Shown here: piece after piece, positions 27,101 through 37,640 of the stretch
Numbering within the stretch: the first letter of the stretch is position 1
Layout of the letters: each line of letters starts with the position of its first letter
Assembly (NCBI RefSeq): GCF_003918875.1
Contig: NW_025766725.1
Coordinates: 496,001 to 560,000 of the forward strand
Reading direction: 5' to 3'
DNA: 64,000 nt
DNA from: Haliotis rubra
Lineage: Eukaryota
The notes under the pieces: generated by a model
What the model saw: the letters and a program-made list of their open reading frames with translations, nothing else
What the model was told of the DNA's origin: nothing
The model's database searches: none
Translations under genes and position numbers: made by a program

Positions 27101-30100
27101 TTCATGACCTTGTACTTACCCCAAGTTCTATGGATCTTATCCACTTCATGACCCTGTCGTTGGACCACACAAGGGGATCTGTGTTGTTGTCTTCACACTG
27201 GGTCCGCCTCTCTGTTAACAACTGAAACACAACATCAAGGATAAGTGAGGGGTTTAATGCCACTTACATTTGAACAATATTTCAATTATACAACGGCATG
27301 TCAAAAGCGAGATGTATACAATACTTGGAAAACTCACTAGCACAGATATGGTTCTGAGAAACCAAAGATCATTATAGGGAAGCATGATGTATTTGGAGTA
27401 ATGACCAGTAGATCCTGGCACAGATAAGGGACACAACTCTTCATCATGAATTGAGAGGTCTGATACTAATTTCTCTTATTTTCATGAATTAGGTGTTATC
27501 AAAGCAACAGGTTTTTTTTTACTGCAATTGCATCTTGAATATTCACTAATTAATATGTGACAAAAATTTAAACAGAATTAAAACAAAATTAAAATCACAA
27601 ACATGATAACAAATAATTAAAATATTGATAATAAACATGTATGTTGCAGCGGCATGCACTTGTCGACACAAACCTCTTTATCAAAATTGAGCAGCCGTAG
27701 TAATTCCACGGCGTGTAGAATACTGGCTTGGTGAAACTTGCGATGGACATTAAAATGTTTTTCGAGGTCTTTCTTGGACAGCTGGTTGAGAAGTCTGCCG
27801 TCTGCTAACTGGGATTCAAACACGGCCGCATGTTGGGGAAGACCCAGGTCGGGTATCCACCGGTGAGACACCCACGTGTGGTCAATGTTTGCTGCCTTCG
27901 AATATTTTCTGTGGACAGAAATACATTCAACATTAGCTGATAAAATGGTTGTGATGAAACACATACATTCGATTATTTTTTTGATTTGAGATTTGAACTC
28001 GATTATTTGGCGTGATGAGCAAACACCTTAACCACTAGGCTAGCCACTGCCTCTGATCTTACTGTCAACAAAGGAACTTTTATACACAAACCAGTGTTAG
28101 TTTGGTTCTTGTCTAATACCAAACCAGCTATAATGGTGGCTGGGTAATATTCAAGACAAACCAATGATTGTTATTTTAACGATCCACAATGTCAGTGTAC
28201 AATGTCAGACAATCGGCAAAGTGGCAGTTTGTTTGTTTGTTGTTTAACGCAGCACTCAGCATTAATCCAGCTTTATAGCGGCAGTCTGGACCATACAATC
28301 CTATGATCAACATCATGAGCACTGATCTACTTAGTTGGGATATGATGACATGTGTCGACCAAGTCAGCCAATCCTGTTGGTCACCTCTCACGTCAAGTAT
28401 GGGTTGCCGAAGAATAACTCATAGGTTTGACTGATTCTAAACCTGAATTCCATAGGGAATGTCTTAAGTGTAATAGGGTCAGCAAAGAACTTGTAGTGAC
28501 TTACATCTCCCCTGGGTCCCGCTGTTCCTCGATGGCTAGTCGCAGCTTCCGTCGGTGTATACTGTTGGTGATGCCGAGGGCAGCGTCCAGGTCAGAGTCA
28601 CTCAGCCCTAGAAGTACCTACAGCAGAGAGGGAGGATAGTCAGCATTCATTTGTTTCTCGTTTAAACCTCTACTTTGCAATATTCCTGCCACATGGTGAT
28701 TATAACACCCTCATCATTGATTATTTGTTGTTTAAACCCTCTCAGCAAAGTTAGAGTTGACCACTGACATGGTGACATAATGACTTGCATAAACCAAAGT
28801 ATAGGTTGCTGATCTTTGCATACCCCCTTATCCAGGAAGTTCTAACACAATTAGGTTGCATAAAAATAATCTTGGTCAAATAATTCCTTGACATTGACTC
28901 ATGCATTGGGACAGTGACAAAAATCGTAGACTGAAGAAATCCTTTCATTCAGTCTTATGAAGCAAGCACCTGTTCATGGTGGTGTTAGAATCTACATGGA
29001 AATGTTGCTATAATCATAACTTAGTACCTGATCATACACAGTACCTTTAATCAATTACACAGCCAATTGTGAAAGGCCACTCAAAGATCTTACTTGACAG
29101 TGGCCTCAAAGTTATGAATCAGATAAGTTGGTGATAGGGTACAATGATGTGTAATCAAGAAACCATTGAGCCCTACCACCAAACAAATTAAGTCACCTCT
29201 TACAACCAGCAAAGGTCCACAAGGGACCTACACGAACGATGAAGTCCACCTACCTTCCCACTCTTGATATTCTCGGCGCACATTTTCCCATACATAGGCA
29301 TAGACAGTGAGATCTCGAGCCAGGCCAGCACCTGATTGGCCTTCCAGTTGGTCATGTGGACTCCCTTGAGTCCGTTCACCAAGGCCAGCTTCTCCTGATA
29401 GTTGTCGGGGCTCAAAAGGGCAAGCTTCGGGTGACCTGGGTCTGTACGCCAAAACAATTGACAGTTGATAAAAAACTGCTCTCATCTTGCATTTACCATC
29501 CATTCTTAAATGAATGAGTAGAGTGAGTGAGTGAGTTTGGTTTTACGCCGCTTTTAGCAATATTCCAGCAACATCACGACAGGGGTCACCAGAAATGGGC
29601 TTCACACATTGTACCCATGTAGGGATTCGACCCCGGGTCTTCGGCGGGACGAGCGAACACTTTAACCATTAGGCTACCTCACTTCCCCAATGAATGAGTA
29701 GAACATGTGTGAAGAAATGATCAGACGTTAAAGAGCATGTGATTCTTTTGTATGGCTAGCTAATCTGTCAGGGCGAGACAGCTTAGATCAGACAGATCAG
29801 AGTGAGAATGGTTTTACGCTGGTTTTAGCAATATTCGAATATCACAGCGGGGGGACACCAGAATAGCGCTTCACACATTGTACACATGTGGGGAATTGAA
29901 CCTGGGTCTTCAGCATAAGGAGTGAACGCTTTAACCATTCAGGTACCCACATCCCTGGAAAGTATCTCAGAAAAGTTTCATTTCAGAGACTAAATGTTAA
30001 TCTATGATCCTACCATCGAAGGTCTCTCCATGCGGCAGCGCGATGGACCTGCGTAGTCTCCCCTTGCTGAACATACGAGTCAAGGAGCCAAACACTGGGA

Positions 30101-33100
30101 TCCGGTGCCTCTTCTTGGTGTCGTGTTCCCGGGAGCTCGTGACTTGTGTTGAGCTGCTTGTTGGGGTTGGTGAATGAGTTGACACTCAAGTCATGACTAG
30201 GGGTGCTTGTCTTTACTGAAAACATCACAGATTTGTATCTATTTAATGGTGCTTCATGTTGCTGGAGAGATGCTTAATGGATGTGCTTGTCTTAACTGAA
30301 AACATGCCAATTTTCACTTACATATTTGTGCTTCAAGTCAGTAGAGGAATGACTGACTGACTGACTGAGTTTGGTTTTACGTCGCTTTTAGCAATATTCC
30401 AGCAACATCACGGCAGGGGACACCAGAAATGGGCTTCACACATTGTACCCATGTGGGGAATCGAATCCGGGTCTTCGGCTTGACGTGTCAACGCTTTAAC
30501 CACTAGGCTACCCCACCGCCCCCAGAAGAGGAATAAAACATGACGTGTTGTCACTTCATGTTGCCTTGGAACAAAGTCACATCAAGTTGTATACAGAATT
30601 ATTGGGAAAAACCCCACACCTTGACAGGGCTGTTTGTCATAATCTAATCTTCATGTGTGTTCTCTTATCACTGAAATGCAAGCCATCCAGACAAAACAAC
30701 AACTAAATAATTAGGACAGTTTTAGGAAGATTTTCTGACATTTAGTTCTGAAAGTGTAGTCAAATGCTTGATATGAAATACCATAGACTTGTCCTACATG
30801 ACACAAGCTGAACTAACCTGAGAAGCTATCATCCCGGGACGCGTCGGACTGAGACATGGTTTCATATGGCGGCAGCTCCTCGCTAGCGATGGTGCTGGCA
30901 ACGCTGTGGGTGGTGTGATCAGCCTCGGAAGCACTGGAAGACTTGTTGGGGTCAACAGGATTGGTCTTCAACTGTAGAAGATAGTGAGTGAATGTAGCAT
31001 TATAACAGCTATATTCCACCACTGAAAAACACTTTCCCAGAGTCAGCAAGGTTCCATAAAGAGCCTTACGTCTTTTCCTCCATGCTTCATAGGTTACATA
31101 AGTGGTGACTGAATTAGATCAAGATCGGTCCTGACTTGAGTTGGAAATTACAGTGGAAACCTGATAAGTAAAATTTCAAGGGACTCGCCAAAATTGTTTA
31201 CTTATCAGGTATTTTACTTATCCAAACTTATAAAAACCTGCAAATGACAACCGTATGCATGTATATGTATGCATATGTAACAATGAACAACTTATCAGGG
31301 CTGGCAGTGTATTGTCAACTGCTTGACGCCAGCGAGCTGTAAGTAGGATGTTTGTTTGACTGGAGACTGACATGACTGCCCCTCATGTCGGATTATGTGG
31401 TGATCGCTAATTTAGTTATCCAGTCTCTTTTGTTAAGTAATTTACTTCCATGGACCATGAGAAGACGTTTAGTTAAGCGGTATTGTTTACTTATCCGAGT
31501 TTAGTTAACCGAACTCTAATAGTGATAATTAATGAAGAAAGTTGCCGGGACCAAAGAAAAGTGTTTACTTATCAGGTCTGTTTAGTTAAGCGGTCTTTAC
31601 TTAGGCGGTTTCCACTGTATGTTACTGTTTTCTGATACAAAGGGTGATTAAGTTGGGTTTATCCCTGTTTTGGACAGTATTTCGGTTGCATCACTGGGTG
31701 TCCCTTTGATGTGGGATAAAATTTGAAGAGAAGTGATAGACGTTTACCACTGGGATAAACCCAACTGGAATGGGTATGCTGCAAACCTAGAAAAAAGATG
31801 GGGTTGGAGGAAGAGAAATACATGATTTGAACCAAATCACAGACTTCTTCTCCGCATATGCTCTGAACTGGAATGAGGTCTTAACTCTTAACCCGTATAG
31901 AACTCGAGTGTGGGCGGTGTACCTCTGCTAGTTCCACCTCCAGCTTCTTGAGAGCCTGGTCTTTGTTGTCGCACTGAGACCGCAGGTTGACTGCACGCTC
32001 CGCCGCCTCCTGGGCCTTCTTGATGATCCGCCACTTCTCACGCTCACATTCCTCCTTCTCCATGGCAAGCTGGTGGCCAACACATTAGAGATTTATCATT
32101 AATTTAACTCGTACCTTCAACTTTTTCAATATTTTATTACTACTTATTACATGCAGACAACCAACGGAACAGAACAAAAAGGGTAGTTTCCAATTCAGGA
32201 ATTCTGCTTTACTAGTCTAGGGTTTTGATTTTGATACAAAAAATCCTTACATGTACTCATTCCAAATTATTTTGCATCACTGCAAAATTTCTTCTTAGCA
32301 TTCATGAACTACAACAATTCGTGTCCTAAAGAGTAGTCGGTTGTGATGTGAGACCCTGAGGCATCAACTTGGATCCTCAAATGAGTTATTTTATTGTTTT
32401 TAAATCAAAATGAATATGACAATTGTCGACATATAAAGTAAACTATTTGTCCACTAAGAGGAGATGGCTGCCCCACCTGTTTGATGGTCTGATCACTCTC
32501 GTGGACGCGCTGCTCATAGTTGCGGATGAAGTCCCTCAACTCGGACTCCTTGTCCTCCAGCGTTGTGTACAGCTGTTTCATCTGATTCAGCAGGTCAAGC
32601 TTCTCCCCCTTCAGCCTCTTCCGGTCTGCCTTCATCGCTGAAACATGACAGTAACATGTGTCAATAACCTTGTCACTGAAACACGATATGCCTGCCACTG
32701 TATAACAGCTATTATCATATACCTATGAATAATATGGACAATTTGCACATACAATACTGGCTGTTGGCATATGTCCATATTCACCACCCGGGGCGAAAAT
32801 GCATATCAGTCCTTGGGTCGAAAATCCATATCAGCCGTACTGCCTGGATACTAAACTGGTACGGAATAAATACATGCAAACACTCGAAACTTCAATAGAT
32901 GGTGCCTAGTTTATTTTAGAGTTACATCCCTTGCGTCGTCTGCTCGAGTTGCTGTCCATCAGGAAATGGTGTAAGTATGAGTTCTAACCTTGGTGACGAT
33001 GTTTTGGCTGCTCATGCCGGAAGAATCATGGAGTTAGACGAAATTGTAAATAATAAAAACACAGATGACATCAGGACTACAGGACAATATTTACAGATGT

Positions 33101-36100
33101 GATAAAAATGTAATTTTTCAAGTAAAATTGATATTTTTATACAGTATCCTGACTCATGATCTTTTGCTTATCTCCCTTTCCTTTTCGAATGGTAGTGTAA
33201 TAACCTCTCAGAAACACCTGTGGTGTTAAATCACCAGTCAGTAAACAGCATTTATAGCAGTGGCACAACAAACATTACAAACGTCAACTTAAAAACAAGA
33301 AACCCCTATTGAGATTCCTCATCAAAGATGGGAAGCAGTAGGAAACAAAGGGACATAACTCTGTCTCCCTTAATCAGCAAAGCAGCAGCTCCATGTGCAG
33401 AGCAGATATCTGCAAGAACTTGGAACAACCTGTCTTCAGAAAGTGTGTTATTTCAGTCAGCCACATACCAGGCAGCTCTCTGGCACTGTTTAGTACACAT
33501 GTTTACCACCGGAATATCTTATTGGTGAATAATGGAAAGCGGCACTGCAGTAATCACTGTTACTTTTTGTCACGTTTATTGAGTTAGAAGGGAACAGGAA
33601 ACACTGAAAGGAAATTATTTCGTGGAATTCAAAAAGAAATATTTATCAGTGCAGAAAGTTGAGATCTTTATGCAATAAAAATGAGCTAATTGTTAGACCA
33701 TATACGTTTCTGATATATTTGCTGCTTTTATTCAATTATTTTCTTTTGAAATGAGTTGTGTCAGTTTCATACAGTTTCAGACCATATATGTGCCATCTAA
33801 TAGGGAATATCAGGTACATCTTATTACAGAGAATGAGCTATATACACCTTGCAACAAGGGATGTTACATACGTACAACCCTACTAGGGAATACGATGTAC
33901 ATATACACCCTCTACTATGGAATAACATATATAGCCAGTATATTGACACCTCATATACAAGATGAGACCCAAGTTGCACAAATTTATTCTCAGCCATTGA
34001 CCTGGTGAGTATTTCCACAGATGAGGCAAATTGAATGTCTGTCCTGGAAGAGGAATCTGATGTTTATTTACAACAGATAGAATCTGTTGGCTCATGTGCT
34101 GACATTTTCTGAGGTGAAATAAAACAACCTTCAACACACAGCCCCATCTGTGGTCCAAGATCACCTTACAAGGGCCACAACTCCGTCTCTCCTGGGAATC
34201 CAGTCTATTAGTAGGAAATGGAAGATGTTTTTTGTATCTTTCAGAAGGACGAGACAGAGGAAGTTAAAGTCAGGTAATAAAGGGAGAGAAATTCGGTTCA
34301 GTCTACTCTGGGAGAGATTGTAAGATTGTAAAATGTCTGGAAGCAATTGGGTTGACCATATCTGCCTCTGTTGGTAGGAGGTGACTGAAAACAGATTCCT
34401 TAACTGGTCTTCATTGATGGCTGTAAGCTCTGAGACAATTATCATAAAGGATTCAATGTAAGTGTTTACAAAAATGCACAGTCATATTTTGTTCCACTTG
34501 CTCATGGCTGACACATTGTCCATGTTATTTAGGCAATGACTTCTTCCATTGTGTAAATATGAAATCATGTTATGTAGTCACTTGATTCTTTCATCGTGTA
34601 AGTGTAAAAGTGGGAAGTACTAACCTCCAAAACCCTGTTGACTCATTAAGTGTGTAAATCTAAAGGACGTAACCTATGTTTCAAAGGGGAGACAACTTAA
34701 CCGTGAGCACTACAAAAGCTTTATATGACAGTATTAAAGTATTATACAAACTTTTGGGTCAAATGCATGAACAACGCGAGACAAATCATCATGAACAACA
34801 TCGTTGGCCCTGTTGATGTCTGTTTACACAACTTTCATATCAAAGGGGAGACAACCCATCTTGAACTTCTTCCATGACCCTGCTGAAATATCAGTTGTGT
34901 AAACAAAGGGAGACAACTTTCATTTCAAAGGGGAGACAACTCACCTTGAAGTGCTTCCTTGGCCCTGTTGACTTCCTGGCGAGTCTGAATGAGCTCCAAC
35001 TTGAGTTCCCCATAGCTTGGTTGATCACTGCTGACAGCCTTGGCCAGCTTCAGTTCCTGGACCTCACGTGTGAGCGACTTGACCGAGGCCTCCAGGCGGA
35101 GGTTCTCTTCCTTCATCTTTGTCAACTCATTCTCCTCGTCGGACTTGTGCCGTAGGCAGTCTAGGATGACAGATACACATGTAGTTATTCACGGTGGCTA
35201 ACTTGTCAGAAGTGGTTTGTGGTTTTAGAAACATCAATCATTTGAGGTTGGTAGTGAGTTGGTAACTAGGACTGCATGGTGGTATACCATGGTGCATGGT
35301 GGAATATGGTACAATATTTTCTGTTTTCTGCTGGACTCACAACAACAAAATACAACCAAATGTGTTGTCATTTTATGCGTTTTACCTAAATTTACACAGA
35401 AATTCATTCACAAATAATGTTTTCCTAAGAAATTGATGAAGTGATATTCTTTCTCATCGCGACCAAGCTCGGAATAGTACCAGGGTCTTATGGACATTGT
35501 CACAACAAATCAACAATTTGACCACCAGCCTAGTCTTCATTTCATCAAATAGTATTTCTTCATCTTGACATGATAGTACAGTGAAACATTCTGCACCATG
35601 GTTTAATCTCCTCAACTACTGACTAAATTCAATATCACTATAGATTCAGTAATCTTGAGGGCCTTAAGTTATTACTGAGATAATGAAGTGTTTTTGCCCA
35701 ATGTCCTTATTGTCAAGAATGCACAACTCATCACAACCCTCCTTTAAATTGGAAATGATGACATCAGACAGTTTAGTTTGAAATATTGACAGATTTCCCT
35801 TTTTCAGACTAAGGCAGCTTTCATGCATATGGAACTAGGGAGTCCCTGGAAGATGAGGTAAGTTTTTAATAAAATTTTCCACATAAAATGTATACGACAA
35901 TATGATGCTAACAGCTTTATAGCGGTTTTAATATATGTCCTGCACCCTTCTGGCACTGATTCCAGATCCAGTATCATCCCAGCATCTTTCGGTTACAGGA
36001 TCATTCTGTCAGTATAAAGCCCCGGATTTGTCACACGTGATCATACTTACTGTCACTCTCTGATTGCGTTGCCTTCTCCACCTTGAGATCGTTGGTGAGC

Positions 36101-36395
36101 GTGATCTGTGACAGCCTCTTGTTGGTATCCGCCAGCTCTGCGCGTAGTACGTTCACTTCCTGATTGGCTGCTTGGATTGATCCGTCAATCTTCACTGCAA
36201 GTTGCCGATTATCATCAACCATTTTCCGAAATTTTGACTGAGCATCTATAAGCAGTCCACGGATCAAAACCATGGAGGATTTGAGTGTTTCTCGTTCCCG
36301 TGGCGACAGGTCCTTTTCAAGGTCAAGGTCGACATTATTCTGTGCGAAGATGTATTGCACGATCTGGTCATTCAGTGAGTCCAAAGATTGAATGG
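20936..36395 (-). CDS. KAZN: Kazrin (coiled coil + 3 SAM domains, liprin-related), multi-exon gene span; about 790 aa with a short first exon and if one extra base at ~30163 is discounted
   Basis: Exon peptides match vertebrate kazrin as I recall it: MVDDNRQLAVKIDGSIQAANQEV, AMKADRKRLKGEKLDLLNQMKQLY, WKANQVLAWLEISLSMPMY, HRRKLRLAIEE, DPLVWSNDRVMKWIRSIEL. All introns are GT-AG with compatible phases except around the 30014-30215 exon. Confidence 0.95.
21455..21839. mobile_element. hAT-like MITE
   Basis: TAGGG...CCCTA ends, 8-bp TSD atccaggt, subterminal gcgata/taccgg repeats. Confidence 0.87.
21849..22088 (+). mobile_element. SINE-like family 2, nearly full length
   Basis: Colinear with the family; TSD cagtatccaggta, left copy split by a MITE. 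Confidence 0.9.
22123..22258 (-). CDS. KAZN: kazrin penultimate exon (AALDTPNNN...SRLSFR), phase 2-0
   Basis: gtcgacag acceptor, AGG|gtaagt donor, 136 nt, phase-compatible on both sides. Confidence 0.88.
22368..22554 (+). mobile_element. SINE-like family 2, 5'-truncated
   Basis: Starts at gactaacgggatc. Confidence 0.88.
23077..23238 (+). mobile_element. SINE family 1
   Basis: TSD tcctacatcact. Confidence 0.92.
23600..23745. repeat. short degenerate tandem repeat
   Basis: tttgtgattgccatac repeated about 6 times. Confidence 0.85.
24890..24998. mobile_element. short fold-back element, probably a PIF/Harbinger-type MITE
   Basis: accagggtcc...ggaccctggt ends with inner aaagcgatcttag/ctaagatggcttt arms. 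Confidence 0.6.
25098..25267. mobile_element. inverted pair of Penelope-like terminal fragments with decayed minimal hammerhead motif
   Basis: About 70-bp inverted arms, each ...cgaaa(c/t)(g/a)tcgc...aataaacaagaagttg(c/t)tatccataaag; homologous single copies at 1208-1278 and 38668-38740. Confidence 0.65.
25888..26054 (-). CDS. KAZN: kazrin exon, rest of SAM3 (EYVQNLRESGVHGALMVLEPSF...IKPA), phase 0-2
   Basis: gttttcag acceptor, AG|gtgtgt donor, 167 nt; SGVHGA liprin-family motif. Confidence 0.94.
26205..27153. repeat. 44-bp minisatellite made of the kazrin exon end plus donor site, about 17 copies
   Basis: cttaccccaagttctatggatcttatccacttcatgaccttgta; the terminal unit is the real exon end. 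Confidence 0.96.
26285..26450 (-). mobile_element. SINE family 1 inserted into the 44-bp minisatellite
   Basis: TSD tatctacttcaag (26272-26284 / 26451-26463). Confidence 0.93.
27120..27221 (-). CDS. KAZN: kazrin exon, start of SAM3 (LLTERRTQCEDNNTDPLVWSNDRVMKWIRSIELG), phase 0-0
   Basis: gtgtttcag acceptor, GGG|gtaagt donor, 102 nt. Confidence 0.94.
27674..27908 (-). CDS. KAZN: kazrin exon, SAM2 (KYSKAANIDHTWV...NFDKE), phase 2-0
   Basis: gtccacag acceptor, GAG|gtttgt donor, 235 nt. Confidence 0.95.
28226..28445 (-). mobile_element. SINE-like family 2, decayed
   Basis: Diverged match, (aaac)n tail. Confidence 0.75.
28505..28617 (-). CDS. KAZN: kazrin exon, SAM1 second half (VLLGLSDSDLDAALGITNSIHRRKLRLAIEEQRDPGE), phase 0-2; absent from the ORF track
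   Basis: ctctgctgtag acceptor, AT|gtaagt donor, 113 nt; liprin/kazrin HRRKLRLAI motif. Confidence 0.94.
29254..29441 (-). CDS. KAZN: kazrin exon, SAM1 first half (DPGHPK...NIKSGK), phase 1-0
   Basis: cgtacag acceptor, AAG|gtaggt donor, 188 nt. Confidence 0.94.
29523..29688 (-). mobile_element. SINE family 1
   Basis: TSD aatgaatgagtaga. Confidence 0.93.
29799..29955 (-). mobile_element. SINE family 1, diverged
   Basis: Match to the family consensus. Confidence 0.85.
30014..30215 (-). CDS. KAZN: kazrin exon with basic patch (KKRHRIPVFGSLTRMFSKG); 202 nt, contains an apparent +1 frame discontinuity
   Basis: gttttcag acceptor, GATG|gtagga donor. The 3' part matches kazrin KKKK..GFGSISRVFARG, but the length is 3n+1 between two phase-1 introns. 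Confidence 0.8.
30351..30523 (-). mobile_element. SINE family 1
   Basis: Full-length match, flanked by agaggaat repeats. Confidence 0.92.
30818..30971 (-). CDS. KAZN: kazrin exon, Ser/Thr-rich linker (LKTNPVD...DDSFS), phase 0-1
   Basis: cttctacag acceptor, CAG|gttagt donor, 154 nt. Confidence 0.85.
31151..31617. mobile_element. Tc1/mariner-pogo-type MITE (467 bp)
   Basis: TIR CAGTGGAAACCnnnTAAGTAAA at both ends, TA on both flanks, subterminal tttacttatc/tttagttaag repeats. Confidence 0.9.
31923..32069 (-). CDS. KAZN: kazrin exon (LAMEKEECEREKW...ELAE), phase 0-0
   Basis: ccaccag acceptor, GAG|gtacac donor, 147 nt. Confidence 0.92.
32477..32637 (-). CDS. KAZN: kazrin exon (AMKADRKRLKGEK...TIKQ), phase 1-0
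   Basis: tttcag acceptor, CAG|gtgggg donor, 161 nt, highly conserved kazrin motif. Confidence 0.95.
32693..33265. mobile_element. possible TIR element remnant
   Basis: tgccactg(c)tataa inverted ends, CpG-richer interior; no clear TSD. Confidence 0.35.
34945..35160 (-). CDS. KAZN: kazrin exon (CLRHKSDEENEL...AKEALQ), phase 1-1
   Basis: catcctag acceptor, CAAG|gtgagt donor, 216 nt. Confidence 0.92.
36051..36395 (-). CDS. KAZN: kazrin exon, N-terminal coiled coil (IQSLDSL...MVDDNRQLAVKIDG...QSESD), phase 1-1
   Basis: tttctttgcag acceptor, A|gtaagt donor, 345 nt; internal ATG of MVDD at 36222-36220. Confidence 0.93.
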
Positions 36396-37037
36396 CTGCA
36401 AAGAAAAACACCAAATTAAATTGATGCTGAATGAAATCTATGTGCGAATTTACACACCAATCAAAACAGGGTATAACATTACATTTCAGGGAACTGTCAC
36501 TTTCAGAAAACCAGATCTGCCATATTTCCTGCCATGGGCATTCCTACAAACACATTACAGCATGAGATACAGGTTTGGGAAAATCAATCCTTTTAGCCAT
36601 ATGACATGTAATCTGTAGAAGTGTCAAAACATGATGGCTATGCAGATATCAGGCAAACATGGAATATGTACTCAATGCAAGGATCGATTATAGCCTGTTT
36701 AACTTGTATTGCATTAAGGGGAGTGCAATACGACTGGTATATTGGAATACGGTCGTATCGCAATACCACCAATGTCAATATTTTCTAATACAGTCACAAA
36801 CAAATTTATTACAATTGTATGAGTTATATCATGAGGCATTTAGATGGACTGAGTTCTGAACATACTTATAAAAAATTGACAAATGACAACTTGCTGTATG
36901 CTTTAGTCGAAATGCATATTATAAACTAGATATAGGTTTGATTTGGTTTGGTTGTTGTTTAACGCCGCACTCAGCAATATTCCAGCTATATGGCGGCTGT
37001 CTGTAAATAATATGTGCTATTTTGACCAACTCATGTT

Positions 37038-37640
37038 AATATCCCAACACGAGCTGAATTCGACGTTCTGGTGATTTCGACGATTGGATTGCTCGCGCTA
37101 TATCGGGTGAGAACGTGTGCGATCGAGTGCACAAACGGTTTCACTGGTAGGGCGGGTGCCCAGTCGCTGTCGTGAGAAGTTTTATTGACAATGGAAATCG
37201 GGAAGTAAAGTTATTCAAAAGCAAACAAACATCAATATTATTTACCCGAGATCGTTAATACCACTTCAGATGCAAAATCAGTTGCCTTTATAACAAAAAA
37301 TAGCAAGCGAAAATTCAGTAAGATCAGTCGTCTGCTGGTGACAGGCAATATATAAATAGGAAGCCACGTGATCACAACACTCCCTCGCAGTGCAAAGCAA
37401 AAAGTATGGCTCATCGTCGAAAACCCATACAAAATACCCGGATGTTACGAGCGGCCACTGTTTAGCCGATACGATGTCATCAATGCTATTTCTGTAGGAA
37501 ACACTTGATATTTTTGTGTGAAATAGATGAATATATCCTTTATCACTCGAGGTTAGTAAAATAAAAACTTTAAATGATATTACAGATAAAATTACGTTTT
37601 TGTCTTACATCGTCGAAAACCCCTGACACCAGGATATATA
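37038..37640. mobile_element. CpG-rich probable DNA transposon remnant
   Basis: ttcgacgat / atcgtcgaaaaccc inverted motifs at 37075, 37413 and 37609. Confidence 0.35.

Noticed and set aside
26205-27153. CRISPR-like appearance of the 31-, 37- and 44-bp arrays
   Set aside because: Units are head-to-tail with no unique spacers, there are no cas genes, and the DNA is eukaryotic.
32423-35155. Plus-strand ORFs 32423-32641 and 34874-35155 (also 28427-28639)
   Set aside because: They are antisense shadows of kazrin coding exons.
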